DNA from: the human T2T-CHM13v2.0 reference genome, Homo sapiens
Direction: 5' to 3' (one strand)
DNA length: 64,000 nt
Assembly: GCF_009914755.1 (NCBI RefSeq)
Contig: NC_060933.1
Part shown: positions 1 to 14,646 of the stretch, piece after piece
Position numbering within the stretch: position 1 is the first letter of the stretch
Layout of the letters: each line of letters opens with the position of its first letter
Notes under the pieces: generated by a model
The model's input: only the letters and a program-made list of their open reading frames with translations
What the model was told of the DNA's origin: nothing
Databases searched by the model: none
Made by a program: the position numbers and the translations under genes

Positions 1-604
1 CAAAGCAATTTATAGATTCAGTGCTATTCCCATCAAACTACCATTGACTTTCTCCACAGAATTAGACAAAACTACTTTAAATTTCATATGGAACCAAAAA
101 AGAGCCCATAGAGCCAAAGCAATCCTAAGTAAAAAGAACAAAGCTGGAGGCATCATGCTACCTAACTTCAAACTATACTATAAGGCTACAGTAACCAAAA
201 CAGCATGGTACTGGTACCAAAACCAATATATAGACCACTGGAACAGAACAGAGGCCTCAGAAATACCACCACATATCTACAACAATCTGATCTTTGACAA
301 ACCTGACTAAAACAAGCAATGGGGAAAGGATTCCCTATTTAATAAACAGTGCTGGGAAAAAATGGCTAGCCGTATGCAGAAAACGGAAACTGGACCTCCT
401 CCTTACACCTTGTACAAAAATTAACTCAAGATGAATTAAAGACTTAAACAAAAGACATAAAATCATGAAAACCCTAGAAGAAAACCTAACCTATACCATT
501 CAGGACATAAGCATGGCAAAGACTTCATGACTGAAACACCAAAAGCAATGGCAACAAAAGCCAAAATTTACATATGAGATCTAATTAAACTAAAGAGCTT
601 CTGC

Positions 605-642
<38 letters not shown>

Positions 643-1592
643 AGTGAAAAGGCAACCAGCAGAATGGGAAAAAAATTTGCAATCTGTCTGTTTTACAAAG
701 GTCTAATAACCAGAATCTCCAAGGAACATAAACAAATTCACAAGAAATAAACCCCATCAAAAAGTGAGCAAAGGATATGAAAGACACTTCTCAAAAGGAG
801 ACATTTGTACATCCAACAAACATGAAAAAAACCTCATCATCACTGGTTATTAGAGAAATGCAAATCAAAACCACAATGAAACACCGTCTCACACCAGTTA
901 GAATGGTGATCACTAAAAAGTCAGGAAACAACAGATGCTGGCGGGGATGTGGAGAAATAACACTTTTACACTGTTGGTGGGAGTGTAAATTGTTTCAACC
1001 CTTGTGTAAGACAGTGTGGCTATTCCTCAAGGATCTAGAACCAGAAATACCATTTGACCCAGCAATCCCATTACTGGGTATATACTCAAAGGGTTATAAG
1101 TCATTTTACTATAAAGACATATGCACACATATGTTTATTGCAGCACTATTTCCAGTAGAAAAGACTTGGAGCCAACCCAATTGCCCATCAATGATGGACT
1201 GGTTAAAGAAAATGTGGCACATATACACCATGGAATACTATGCAGCCATAAAAAAGAATGAGTTCATGTCCTTTGTGGGGACATGGATGAAGCTGGAATC
1301 CATCATTCTCAGCAAACTATCACAGGAACAGAAAACCAAACACTACATGTTCTCACTCATAAATGGGAGTTGAACAATGAGAATATATGGACATGGGGGA
1401 ACATCACACACCGGGGCCTGTAGGGGGGTGGGGGAAAAGGGGAGGGAAAGCATTAGGATAAATCCCTAATGCATGTGGGGCTTAAAACCTAAATGACACG
1501 TTGATGGGTGCAGCAAATCACCATGGCATATGTATACCTATGTAACAAACCTGCACTTTATGCACATGTATCCCAGAACTTAGAGTATAATT
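1..1592 (+). mobile_element. L1PA7-PA10-like LINE-1, 3' part of ORF2 plus 3' UTR (cut by window start)
   Basis: ORFs 44-310 and 777-1373 translate to ORF2p C-terminal sequence (…RCWRGCGE…HCWWEC…[13 protein letters not shown]…). G-rich 3' UTR at ~1412-1447; ends in GTAACAAACCTGCAC…CCCAGAACTTAGAGTATAAT. Confidence 0.95.
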
Positions 1593-1669
1593 TTTTAAAA
1601 GTCTTGTTTACATAGAAAAAAAGAATTTACAAAGCTGTACTACATGATATCTCTTATAATCTGTTTTAA

Positions 1670-2880
1670 CATCATTGTGCACCATTTTTGTGAGTATTAA
1701 TAAATATATGCACCCATGAAACCACAATAAAATCAACATACAGAACATTTCCATAATACACAAATACTCCTTTTGCACTATTGTACTCAGTCACTTTCTA
1801 CATGTTTAGCTTCAAATAATCAACAATGTGCTTTCTGTTTCAGTAATTCAATTTCATTTTGTAGAAATTTAATGCTGAGTAGCACTCTATTGCATGGGTA
1901 TAACACATTTGTTTATTCCCTTTTTGAGGGGCATTTGAGTTATTTATACTTTTTGGCTATTGGATGTAAAGCTACTATGGACATTCTTGCTAATTCTCTC
2001 TGTGGCCTTATGCTTTTACATCTCTTGGTAAAGACCAACCTCCTATGAATGGAGCATACTGAACTTGGTAAGAAAATACCAGTTTTATCTAAAGTGCTTG
2101 TCCCATTTTAACTCTCTTCTAGAAATGTAACAGAGGTCCAATTGCTCTACTTCCTATTTAACATCTTTTTATGTATTTATATAAATAGTTTAGCAATTTG
2201 TCTATTTTTACTGTTTTTGGTGTTATTAAGTTTAAGAGTTTGTTATGTTTTGTATATAATAATGGTTGTCAATATATACATAGATTAAAAACATTTCTCT
2301 GATTTTGTGGACAATTTTTTTTTATTTTTATACCAGTGCTTCAAAAAGCTAATTGATTATCAATATTTACTTAAAATTGTTTGTGTGACTGTGTACTATT
2401 TGAGAAATATTTTGTCCACATGTAAGATAGAGTTTTCATTGTTTTCTTCTACAAGTGTTACAATTATAAATTTTGTATCAAGTCTTAAGATTCATGTGAG
2501 ATCAATGTTTATATATGGTGTGAGACATGTGTCCTTCATTGCATTAATCTGGCATTTTTATTGAAGTCATTGTGTCACTTATTGGTCTTCAATAAAATTG
2601 AAGGTCTATGGGTATATCTATTGATTTTATATATCTCTCCTTTTACAAATAATAATAATGGTCTTGCATTATTTATATAGTCTAATTCATTCATTTTTTT
2701 ATTTTAAAAATTGCTTTAGATTTCCTAAGTAATTGGCATTTACACTGTATTTTAGAATGAGCTTTTGCATTTATATTAAAAAGGCTGGTTTAAAAGTTTT
2801 AATATAATTTTTTTATTGTCACAAGGAAGTGTATGTTTAACTGTATAAGAAACTAGTAGCTGTTTTCCAAAGGATTGTAC
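1670..2880 (-). mobile_element. Old L1M (L1MC/ME-like) 3' fragments
   Basis: Degenerate antisense L1M motifs, e.g. TTTGAGGGGCATTTGAGTTATTT…GGCTATT…AAAGCTACTATGGACATTC. Boundaries approximate. Confidence 0.6.
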
Positions 2881-4247
2881 CATATTATTGAATAAATTTA
2901 TTTAGCATGTTGGTGTTTTAGAAATAAAATTAACCTGGCTCAGAGTTGATAGAATTTCATTTGGAGGGTCAAATTATTTTATATACATATATGCAGTAAT
3001 AACTGAAAAGAGGCTTGCTTGATAGCAGTAATTAATAATCACCAGGTGAACACAATATGATTCATGAAGGTGTGCAGAAAAAGAGGCATTTAAAGGAAGG
3101 TACCATATCTAATAAAGAGTTTTTCTGAGCTAGAAAGAGTCAGAAATAACCTAAAGTCTACTAAATTGCATTTTAAATAAAAAATTTTTTGGTATTTATA
3201 CATAATATTTAGCTTGATAGATTTCATATTATGTTTTGTGAGATAATATTTTAGACATACCTTTAGCCTTAAGTTTTACAAATGAATAAAATACAATGTG
3301 TGTGTGTTTGTGTGTTATACACACAGGAGTTCACTTGCACTGAAGTATTTTTTCATTTTAATGGCAAACTGAGGTGTCTTTAAAATTCCAGAGTGAAAAT
3401 CATGTGAATGTCCTTAGTATAATCTGTAGAAAATAATAAAGGGAATTCTAATGATGGGATACATTTGCCCTATGATTGTTTGTGAATGCCTTTCATCAAA
3501 TGAAAAATTCTTTTGTTCCAGGAATGAGAACTAAAGTGGATAACACTTAAATTGCACTTGAACTGATAAGCACAGCAAAATAAAATATTTCTGAAAACTA
3601 TTAATTTTATGTTTATACATTGTCACTTGTATACATTCAGTTTGGAAATTCTTTTGGCTTAATAATGTTATTTCATTTACACATAACCTATGACTATCAG
3701 AAGTTATAAGAGAAAGCAAAGCAAATAACCTTAACATTAAAAATGAAGTCTACATCACTATTGCTTCTTCCAAGGGGCTTCACTTTAAATCCTAGTTTAA
3801 AATTGAGTTGCCAATAGTATGATTAATAATTCTGAGAGGTCTGTAAGTCAACCTCAAGCAAGATCATCTTACAGTCATTTCTGAACTGAATAGTACAGTC
3901 TTTCATGCATGATGAGCCTGTCCATAAATTATAAATTAAATGAATTATAGGGATTCCTATTACATAGCATGTTTTCCTTTTTGGTTTCCTGTATTTGACC
4001 TACTTTTCATTACCATTTCAGCAGTATTGCTTCCTTGCAACTCTTAAGTAGACATGACATTTTTAAACACTCACAGCATTTCTTATATTTCTTCATTTAA
4101 TGACATTTTAGGTTTAAGCGGAAATAAACTATGATTTCCAGATCGTGCATATTTGAAAGCCATGAAACCCATTTTAATATGATTATGTCAGCTTTATTTA
4201 GGTCCATCTACTTTTGTATTTTGAGCATTTCACCCAAATTAGGGTAT

Positions 4248-4249
<2 letters not shown>

Positions 4250-4291
<42 letters not shown>
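4250..4291. repeat. (GT)n microsatellite
   Basis: Uninterrupted run of about 21 GT units. Confidence 0.98.
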
Positions 4292-4294
<3 letters not shown>

Positions 4295-4984
4295 GGGCAT
4301 ACACTATTATGAACATTTCTATTTGAACACAGGAATTTTGATATTTTATATGTTTTTTTCTGAAATTGTGTCTTAGTGATTAATTATTGCATTATGTTTT
4401 AGCCCAATACCCTGCTTAGCAATTGTAAGTATATTCATCAGAATTGTGGGATATGATTTGGAAAGACAGATGGATATATTACCAGTCAATATGCATAGGT
4501 TTTATTTACCTCAATTGGTTTGTCTTCAGATCCTCATGTCTGCTCTCAGCTCAATCTTGTTTCTCTTCGTTCAGATCTTTTCAGCTTCCATATTTGCAGA
4601 CAGTAATTCTCCAGTCTTCTGCTGGGGCAATAACCCTGATAGCACCGCTGCAGAGGGTTTTCCAAGTGTACCTATATGTGTTTTAACAATCCTTCTGTTT
4701 ACAGTCTCACATTGTACTGTTTCTTTCAGAAACAACCAAGGCCTGTAGTTCCTGAGGCTCTGGAGTTCCTCAAACAAAATTATGATTTCCCTCGTTTCAT
4801 TAAATACAATCCAGCTTCATCTGCTTTCATAACTTGGTTACCATTTGTCCATCACTTTACCATCTTCCAAACTTTGTTGACACTTTCTCTGTTCTCTTTG
4901 CATTGCAGATGCACCCATTCTTTTTTCTTTTACTTCCTTTTACTGGGGAGCAGAAGTATACATGTGTGTCTAAAAAGATTGTTT

Positions 4985-4986
<2 letters not shown>

Positions 4987-5015
<29 letters not shown>
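4987..5015. repeat. (GT)n microsatellite
   Basis: GT run directly beside the 3' end of an antisense L1MA. Confidence 0.95.
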
Positions 5016-5665
5016 GTAAAAACAGTTAAGTGGGAGCTATCCTCAACAAACTTTTAGTGCACCACACAATATTGTTAAATATAGACACAATGCTGTACTG
5101 AGAATCTCTAGCACTTATTTATCTTGTTAACTGAAACATTATGCCAGTTGAGGAGCAACTCCCCATTTCTTCTGTTTTCTAGCTCCTGGCAACCAGAATT
5201 CTACTCTTATATCAGTTTGACTGCTTTAAATGCCTTGTAAAAAGGAAATCATGCAGTATTTGTCCTTCTGTTACTGACTTAGTTCACTTAGCTTAATGTT
5301 TTCCAGGTTCATTCATATTGCCTTTTATAGCATGATTCTCATCTTTTTAAAAGCTGGAATATCATTCCCTTGTAGCATACACTGCATTTTATTTATCCAT
5401 TCAACCGTCATTGGACATTTGGATTGTTTCTACCTATTGGCTATGGTGAATAATGCTTCAATGAACATGGGAGTGCCAATATCTCTCCAATATCCTGATT
5501 TTAATTCTTATGGATGTATACCCACCATTGGAACTACTGGATCAACTGATAGTTCAATTTTTAATTTTTTGAACTAATGATTAGGTTTCTAATGATTAGT
5601 TATGTTGAGCATATTTCATATGCTTATTGGCCATTTATATGTCTTCTTTGGAGAAATGTCTATAC
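5016..5665 (-). mobile_element. L1MA9/MA10-like 3' end
   Basis: Antisense L1MA 3' UTR motifs (CTCCTGGCAACCAGAATTCTACTC; ATCATGCAGTATTTGTCCTTCTG; TTCTTTGGAGAAATGTCTAT). Confidence 0.8.
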
Positions 5666-7139
5666 AGATAATGCTTAGTAGCAGCTCAAATTAAGACAGT
5701 TCAACATCTAGAATCCCATTTATCTGTACCAAACATTTCAGCAGAGCTTATTGGCCACACAACAAGAGTCCCAATTCAATTGAAATTACTTATTTCAGTT
5801 AACAGACAATAAAAAACAAATACTTCAGTTTAGCACTCAGTATCATTGGACAATTTATTTTAATTTTATTTAAATATATTTTAATATAACCTAGTCATAT
5901 GAACTAATTATTATATTTAAATATGCAAAATATGATTATTATTCTAATTAAATGCTAGTAACTCCCTCGTGCTGTGATTTACACTGCATAAATTATATCT
6001 CTTGAATCATATTTGTGCTTAAAAAAGTCTTCCATACATTTCACTTTTTTCACATATCTTCTCTCCAAACCATATCCTAAAGCCCTGCCATACAGCTCGT
6101 AATTTTAAGTCAGAGAAACTGCTTATAACAAACCTATTGTAACAAACTCGTTTCTTTATGTTTTTTTCCTGGAAAACAGACTCTGTATATACTTTTTACT
6201 CTCAGAACATCTTATGTTAATACATAAGTTAATTTTAATTTATATCTACAGACTTACTGGCATTCTATTTTCATTTGAATTGAAGATCATTTGTAATGTG
6301 TACCATCTCTCAAAGAAAAAAAAAGTCCAGACATAGGACATAGGACATGATCCACAAACATATGCCAGTAGAAATATATATATATATACAGTCAAGTTTC
6401 AAAAAAAATTCACTGTTCAAATGATTTTATTTACTAGAAATCTTATATTGATTGGCACCTTCAATTTAATAAACACATAATTAAATATATCTACTCTTTG
6501 TTAAGGGAAATAAATGGAACTTATCAGTGTGAAATATTCATTTCTTTTGGTTTTTACAAAATAAATATACCATTTTAAAAAGTAAATCTTTAAGCATCTA
6601 AATTTACTTTAAATATTTCATTATTTATAAGTTTAGTAAAGTTTAACAATCATACTTAAGAGGACTATGTAGTTAAACTTCACTAAATATTATAAAGTAC
6701 ATTTATACATGTTCTTTTTCCGTACTTCAGCTGTCTAACAACAAATGTTCCTTAAGTATTTTAGAAATGAATATAATTGTTTCCCTAAATATTATAAAAT
6801 GCATATGTGTATTTTATTTTTAGCAATCTAACAAACATATCCTTCCCAAACTGCTATACAGACTTATTAAAAATTCCACAAGTTAAATTTATAAATGTAG
6901 TTATTTATAAGTTTTTCCAAACACTAATTGTTTGCAAAGTTTGCTAAATTTTGTTTTGTCTTAAAAACACTTGCTTAAAATAAAGTATTTAATTAGTATT
7001 TTACATTGGAATAAAAATATATGTCACCATTTATTGTCAGATTATCTTAAATAGTATATTTTAAATACCAAATAGTTAAAATTACTCAACTTATAAAAAA
7101 TATATTAAAGATGTAGATTTGATTAAAGCTATTATTCTA

Positions 7140-7438
<299 letters not shown>

Positions 7439-8249
7439 GTTACCATTCTTTATTTACTTGTATGCTTTTTCAGGCTGTTAAATCCTTATGTATTATACAT
7501 CAGGTTAATTTGGGGTTAGAATTACAGACCAGAGAGTTTTAGTGTGAGTTTCTCAGTGTGTGTGGGTTGCCCAGAAATGAGATTTTTGATCAGTCAATGG
7601 GATCCAGAGCTGCAGGGATTTCCCTGTAATCATAATTAACAGTTTGATCCCTGCTATAATCTCTGAGCCAATACAGAATTAAAATGCAATGTCTAAAAAC
7701 CAGAATCCTTACACAGCCTGAATCTTTTCACTTCAAGATATATTATTTTTAACTACTTTGGACTTTATCACCTAATTAAGGTAGATGAAATATGGCAAAC
7801 CTAGCTCACGTGCTTTACCATTTGATAAGATCTCACTAAATTATTTACCACTGATTTAATTTTTTAATAATTTGGATCCTCTCTCTGGTCTTCCACATTT
7901 ATTTTTTAACACATATAGGCAGAAATCTAGCTTCGAGAAAAGTACAGATTGTGCCTGGTTAAATCTCAGTTATTAATTTGGCCATTTTCACATAGCATGT
8001 TAAAATTCTTAATAAATATTTATTGTTTAATAAAACATTATAAGGATTATAGCTTCATGAATAATTCTATGGCTATATCATGCCTATTGTGAACTAATTA
8101 TTAAAATGTGGTTATGCATGCCTCAGTGTTTTCAAGCACCCTCTCCCTCAAAAACACATACACCTTCCATGCAACTGAAATGAATGTCAAAAAGATAGCT
8201 AATACTTGTTAAATATTATACAGACTTTTCAGTCATTAACTGGTGTATA

Positions 8250-9610
8250 TGCTCCTGGTCACATTCTCCTTCTTGAAATATTTCATATCCTTGATTTCAG
8301 CCTCTCCTCCTTTAAAACTTCATGGTATTTTCCACAAGTCTTTTAAATTGTATCTTCTCTTAAAATTTCTTAAATGCTAGTATTTCTAAAAATTCTGGTT
8401 TAGCACTCCTTCAATCCTCAACTACAATCTCCCCAGTTATGACACATACTGAGAAAGATAAATTGGTTCCTGGAGTTGACTTGTTACTAACATTCAGGTC
8501 CTGCTATTGCTATATGCTAGCCTGGTACTTGACTATGCAGCTGATTAAACTTCACTAAATATTATGAAGCACATTTATATGTGTTCTTTTTCTGTACTTC
8601 AGCTGTCTAACAACAGCTAGGTCTTGGTGTTCCCTTGATGAGCAGAAACAATTCAGTAACAGAACAAAACATCAACATCAGACAAGGCCAATCTGACCAT
8701 AAAGAATCAAGATAAAAGTAAGACCACTCATAATGATGTCTGAATACAGAGAAAACTAAAAGACTTTCCAGGCCACAATGTACCAAAGATATCCCTATCA
8801 TGGCTAAAATGAGTGACCACCTGCTCCTTTATTAATTATAGCTTTAGCTTCACTCTCATTTCCACTCCTTATAAATAATATTTTTAAAGATACTGAACCA
8901 TAGTTTTAACTATACTTTGTAACAGCATCCCATCTAGAGCAAAGCCCTGCTATTATTAACGCTTCCCAAATTCACCTAACAAGACTAAAATCTTTTTTAC
9001 CACCCAAGTATTGAGGTAGCTCCACATGGGGTATGTTCTCCTTTGCCCCAGTGAGTAAAACACTCAACTATTCAACAACAGGTGTGTCCCTAGTGGTCTT
9101 GGTGGGAATCCATTGACAATATTCATTAAAAATCCATGCTTTGGCATACCACCTATGGACTTAAAACTGTCCAAGTAGAGACTTCTATTCTAGATCAAAA
9201 CTCACCTAATCCTTCTTTGCTAAACTTGTTCACTTACATGATCCACAGGCACACCGATTTCAACATACTTAAATTGAACAGATTGTTAGCTTCTCCAAAA
9301 AAGCCCTTGCTCTTACGTTTCATATCCTGTTGAAGAAATGGCTTCTATATCCAGAAATCCAAGAGGCAGCTTTGACAGCTTCCTAACTCACCACATGCAA
9401 CTTTCATTTCCTGATTTCTAAATATCTCCCTTTGTTTTACATTGCCACTGCTGCTTCTCAAGTCAAGATCCTCATTATTTCCTATCCAAGTAGCCAACTG
9501 ACAGCGTTATTGTTTGTCTGGTAGCATTTTGTTCCTACTATGTCAGATGCCCAAGTGATCTTTTTAAAAGGCAAAACTGATCAGGTCAATTTTTTACGTA
9601 CCTTCAATTA
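8250..9610 (+). mobile_element. L2 fragments interrupted by the LTR at 8450-9118
   Basis: L2-like motifs on both sides of the LTR (CTCCTTCTTGAAA…; CCACAGGCACACCGATTTCAACATACTTAAATTGAAC; CCAGAAATCCAAGAGGCAGCTTTGAC). Confidence 0.6.
8450..9118 (+). mobile_element. MER67-like ERV1 solo LTR
   Basis: TG…CA termini with ATAC/ATAT flanks. Recalled MER67 motifs: AACATCAACATCAGACAAGGCCA, CAGCATCC…AGAGCAAAGCCC, CAGGTGTG…GTGGTCTT…CATTGACA. Confidence 0.75.
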
Positions 9611-10302
9611 CTTCCCAAACTTACAGGATTGGAGAATTTGCAAGCCAAATCATCAGTCTTTTCCTATTTCTCACCTTTTATCTCTAGCGATTTCCAAAAG
9701 ACAGTTTCAGAACAATGTTATTGTACTTTACTTCTTTATATTTCTGCCATTTTGAGCCTGTTTTCTAATTAATTTTCATTGAATATAGGGTAAAATTCTA
9801 AGATCTTAAGTGATCAGTTATATGAATTATGAAATTTTTCTATACCTGTGTACCACAATATAAAATATGCCTTTTTTCAGTCAATTTTGCTGTTACCCAA
9901 CAACCAATTTCTAGTTACTGCCCCATTAAGTTAATTTGCATTCTTCTTGGACTCATATAAGTAGAGTATGGGCTTTTAAATTTTAGCTTTCATCTAATAA
10001 AACTTTATGGGTTCTTTTCTTAGTTACTTAGAAAATCTTAGTTACTTAGTTGAAAATCAATTCAGTGTTTATGTAGAGATCTACTTTTGGCCAATCTATG
10101 CCATTCTACTAGTTTGCTTTTCTATTTTTATATGATATTACACTGCCTTAATGAAACTTTATAGTAAGACTTGAAATGAAATATTTTAGCCCTCTAATTT
10201 CATTTTTGGCCACATAATTGTACGGCCTATTCTAGGTCCTTTGTGTTTCTTATCAAATTTATAATGAACTTGTTAATTTCTTCAAAAAAAATTGGGTAGA
10301 CT

Positions 10303-10856
10303 ATGTTAGAGATCTCTAAGTTTCTTTGGAATAACAGAACCCATAGGATATGTGAGAGGATTTTTTTATGGGAATTGATTCACATGATCACAGAAGTGGA
10401 GAAGTCCCATGATAGGCTGTCTGCAAGATGAAGAACCAGAGAAGGTGGTAATGTGGCTTGTCTGGAGCCTCAGAACCAGGGAAGCCAATAGTATAGCCCC
10501 CAATCTGAAGCCAAAAGGCTGAGAGTCCTCAGAAGGCCACTGGTGCGAGTCCTGAAGTCCGAATGCTAAAAAACCTAGAGTCTGATATCCAAGGACAGGA
10601 GATAAAAAGGTGTCCTGCTTTGGAATGGGGACAGACGAGAGTCATATTCCCTTCTTTTACCTGTATTTCTCAGCCCGGCCCCCAGCTCATTGGATGTTTC
10701 TCATCCACAGTGAAAGTGGGTCTTCCTCTCTCAGTCCACTGACTGATGTTAATCTTCTCTAAAACCACCTCATGAACACACCCAGAAACAATACTTCATC
10801 AGCCATTTAGGCACCCTTCAGTCCATTCAGGTTGACACCTAAAATTAGCCATTATA
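10303..10856 (-). mobile_element. MLT2 (B/C-like) ERVL LTR
   Basis: AACAGAACCCATAGGATAT…GAGAAGTCCCATGATAGGCTGTCTGCAAG; ends GTTGACACCTAAAATTAGCCAT, the reverse complement of the MLT2 start. Confidence 0.85.
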
Positions 10857-10902
10857 GTAAGTATGTTGAATCTATAAATCAATATTAGAAAGATGAATAT
10901 CT

Positions 10903-11150
10903 TTTTTAAAATTTCATCTCTTTTGTATTTTGTATTTTTGTTAACATATAACAGATGTAAATATTTTGGGGGTACATGTGATATTATGATGCATTCATAT
11001 AATGAAACAGGGTAATTGGGATATCCATCACATTAAATATTTATCATTTTTAATGTTAGGAATATTTGAGTTTTTTTCTTCTAGCTATTTTTGCATGTGA
11101 AATTGATTAATGTTAACTGTAGTCACCATGCCGATCTATGAAACACCAGG
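10903..11150 (-). mobile_element. Short L1MA 3' end
   Basis: GGGGTACATGTGATATT…GGGTAATTGGGATATCCATCAC…, the typical L1MA terminus. Confidence 0.75.
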
Positions 11151-11843
11151 TGGATGTCTTAACAATATCGAATTCTTCAATCAATAAACATAATATATAT
11201 CTTCACACATTTAGGATTTTCAAAATTTTGTCATTAACATTTTGTAAATTTTAAGAGAGGGAGTTTGACTAAAATTTGGAACATTTATTGCTAATCATTT
11301 GATAATTTTTGAGGCTACTATAAATGATAGTCTTTTCTTATTTCTATTGTTTGTTACTAACATAGATATTACATCCTGTTCTTTTATATCTTGACTTTGT
11401 GTATTGTATGTTTTTCTCGTATGTCTTGATATTGATAAATTTGTTTATTTTCGATTGTTGTTGATTCTACAGAGTTATCTATATCTATAGTCATGTCATT
11501 TATGAATGATGGCGATTTTACCTCTTCCTTTCACATGTTTATTTTGTTTATTGTCACTTGCCTTTTTGAACTGCCTAGGCTTCCCGGTATAATGTTAAAC
11601 AGAAGTGATGATTTTTGTCTTGTCCCCTGTCTTGTAAAACACTCAATGTCTCACCATTAAGTTTGATGGAGCTATATAGATTTTACTAAGATTCTTTTCA
11701 TCAAGCTAAGAATGCTTCCTTCTATTTGTGTTGGCTAAATGTTATCATTAAGGGGTTTGAATTTTTTTTGGTATGCTTTGTAAAAATCTGTTTATATATC
11801 TTGCATATTTTTCTATTTTATTTTATTTATATGATGAATTATC

Positions 11844-12198
11844 TGTATTACTTTGCTTTTATACTGCTATAAAGAAATACCTGAGATGGGATAATTTATA
11901 AAATAAAGAGGTTTAATTGACTCACTGTACCACATGACTGGAGAGGCTTCAGGAAACTTAGAATCATGAAGGAAGGGGAAGCAGGCACCTCTTATATAGC
12001 AGCAGGCAAGAGAGAGAGCAGGGAAACCCATCACTTATAAAACCATCAGATCTCGTGAGAACTCACTCACTATCATAAGAACAGCATAGGGAAACTGCCC
12101 CCGTAATCCCATCACCTCCCACCAGGTCCCTCCTGCAACACCTGGGGATTACAGTTCAAGGTGAGATTTGAGTGGGGACACAGAGCCAAGCCATATTA
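11844..12198 (-). mobile_element. THE1D/MSTA-like MaLR solo LTR
   Basis: TGTATTA…CTGCTATAAAGAAATACCTGAG…CCATCAGATCTCGTGAGAACTCACTCAC…GGGGACACAGAGCCAAGCCATATTA. Confidence 0.92.
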
Positions 12199-13150
12199 AT
12201 TACATTAATTTTCCAATGTTAAACACAGCTTGCTTTCTTGTGATAAATACTGTGTCATAATATATTCTCTTTATTATAAACGCCAGATTATATTTGCTCA
12301 TATTTTGTTACTGTTGGTTAAATCTATATTTAGGGGAAAATTGAGTTTTGTTTCCTGTCCCTATACCAAATTTCTTTCGGATTTTATATTATGATTTTTC
12401 TAATATTAGAATATAGGTTAAAAACTGTTCAATTTTCTGGATTTTCTGAAATTGTTTGTATAAAATTATCACTTAATTCTTGAAAAGCTTAACATTTAGT
12501 ATAAAATTGTTCTGGCTGCTAGTGTCATACCAGAGGCGTGGTAAAAATAGATACACGCAAAAGTTTTTCACTGGGATACACTTGAAAAGCAGTTGAAAGT
12601 AATACTAAAGACTAAGTGTCTCAACATATACGGAACTTATGAATGAGAGTATAAGCAAGAAATTACGCCATCAGAAATACATTTTCCAATATATAATCGG
12701 GAAGTATTGTAACCAGCAAAAATGAAACATAGATTGAAAAAATAAAGAATGGAAGTTTTGATAAAGGAAGTTATAATAAGAGTGTACCTAAAAATTCTGA
12801 GGCAAATGTGAAAATGAACAAATTCTTCCGCCTGACTATATACTTGGACATTTACAGGAATATTGTTTATAATAGTCTGAGACTAGTAATAACCTCAATA
12901 TACATTAACCGAAGTGTTAAATAATGATTTTTATGATAAAAATCATACAAAATAATAATAAATGAACTACGACCTGGTTAAAAATTGGAAAATGTATACA
13001 GTAGAATTCTATTTTTATAAAGACAAAATACAAAATAAAAAAGATATACAATTAACAGAAATAATAGTGATCTCATGCCTAATGAAGATAAATGCAATGC
13101 ACAAGGGCAAAATGGGACTTTCAAAGTATAAGCAATATTTTGTTAACGTG

Positions 13151-13534
13151 TCACATAGTTTGAATGTTTGTCCCCTCCAGATTTCATGTTGAAATGTAGT
13201 CCCCAAACACCTCTGTTGAGAGGTGCTTGGTAATTGGGACGGAACCCTTGTGAATGGCTTGGTATAATGAGTGAATTCTCCTTCCCTTAGCATGAGAACT
13301 GGTTGTTTAAAAGAGCCTGGCATCTCTCTTGCTCCCTCTCTCTCCATGTGGCACGCCTGCTCTTGCTTCACCTTCTGCCAGGAATAAAAGCCTCTGAGGT
13401 CTCACCAGAAGCTGAGCAGATGCTGGTACCATGCTTGTACAGCCTGCAGAACCATGAGTCAAAAAAATCTCTTTTCTTCATAAATTACCCAGTCTCAGGT
13501 ATTAGTTTATAGCAATGCAAAATGGACTAACACA
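13151..13534 (+). mobile_element. MSTB-like MaLR solo LTR
   Basis: ATAGTTTGAATGTTTGTCCCCTCC…CTCACCAGAAGCTGAGCAGATGC…AATTACCCAGTCTCAGGTATT…GGACTAACACA. Confidence 0.92.
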
Positions 13535-13611
13535 ATATGGTTGTTGGGAACATGAATATTCATACCTTTTGTATTCTGTATATTTAGTTTACAGATTGTT
13601 TTTCGTATGAG

Positions 13612-13904
13612 ATTGAGACAGAGTTTCGTTTTGTCTCCCAGGCTGGAGTGCAGTAGCCTGATCTCAGCTCACTGCAACCTCCGCCTTCTGAGTTCAAGCA
13701 ATTCTCTTGCCTCAGTCTCCTGAGTAGGTGGGACTACAGGCGCGTACCACCATGCTCGACTAATTTTTTTTTTTTTGTATTTTTTTAGTAGAGACGGGAT
13801 TTCACCGTGTTAGTCAGGATGGTCTCGATCTCCTGATCTCGTGATCCGCCCACCGTGGACTCCCGAAGTGATGGGATTACAGGCATAAGCCACCGCACCT
13901 GGTC
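13612..13904 (-). mobile_element. AluS (Sc-like)
   Basis: Antisense dimeric Alu with GGATGGTCTCGATCTCCTGATCTCGTGATCCG; tail almost absent. Confidence 0.93.
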
Positions 13905-14646
13905 TGTATGGTATATTTTAGTAAGTGCAATTAGAGATTATGTTAATGTATTCAATTTTTGAACAAGGCATTAAAAGCTCAGATAGGTTACAAGACATGC
14001 TCAAGAGTCAGAAGTAGGTTTCGTAGCTGAAGTTTGTTAACCTTGATATTTCTTAACATTTCATTTGTTTCAGGCTAAAGGAGTAGTCTAGCAGTCTTAG
14101 GGATTATAAAGTGTCAAATCAATTATTTGGGGTAATATTTAGCTTTTTATTTATATGATTGTTGTTCTTTTGATGGTACTTAAGATGTTTTAACTTAAAA
14201 CATATAAGATGTTTTCAAATAATGTCATACTGTTCATGTATTTGCCAGTATAGGTTTTTGGCAACATGGATAAAATAACTACAAACTGAACTAAATTTGC
14301 TTATCTCACTACATTAACTTGAAAGAATGCAGTTGATAAAGGCTTAGTGGTACTTTCCTCAGCATTAGGGCTGGCTTGATGCTAGAAAAGAGACATTTTC
14401 ATTTCTCACAAAATGACGAAGTACCCTTATTCTCCAACTACCCAGCACCTTGTTTCTTATAAATTCCGTGTGATTAATTACATGATAGTACCAATCTCCC
14501 AGGCTATGGATGTCCATATATTGCACCACCACAGCCTGTACTCTAGGGAAAAAAAATAAATTGTATAAACTGTATTCCCACTTGGGGGATTGTATTAGCA
14601 GCAGTCTTTCATCAGTGTAGCTGTAGAAAATCTAATTCTCCTCTGA

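Larger units (their letters stand above)
9770..12480 (-). mobile_element. Old L1M host carrying nested MLT2, L1MA and THE1 insertions
   Basis: Antisense L1 ORF2/3' sequence resumes after each insertion (e.g. TGTTGAATCTATAAATCAAT at ~10864; GTATAATGTTAAACAGAAGTGATGA). Confidence 0.65.

Noticed and set aside
4444-5029. Several overlapping 60-117 aa ORFs
   Set aside because: No recognisable protein motif. The DNA may be a very old LINE/HAL1-like fragment, but I cannot support a call.
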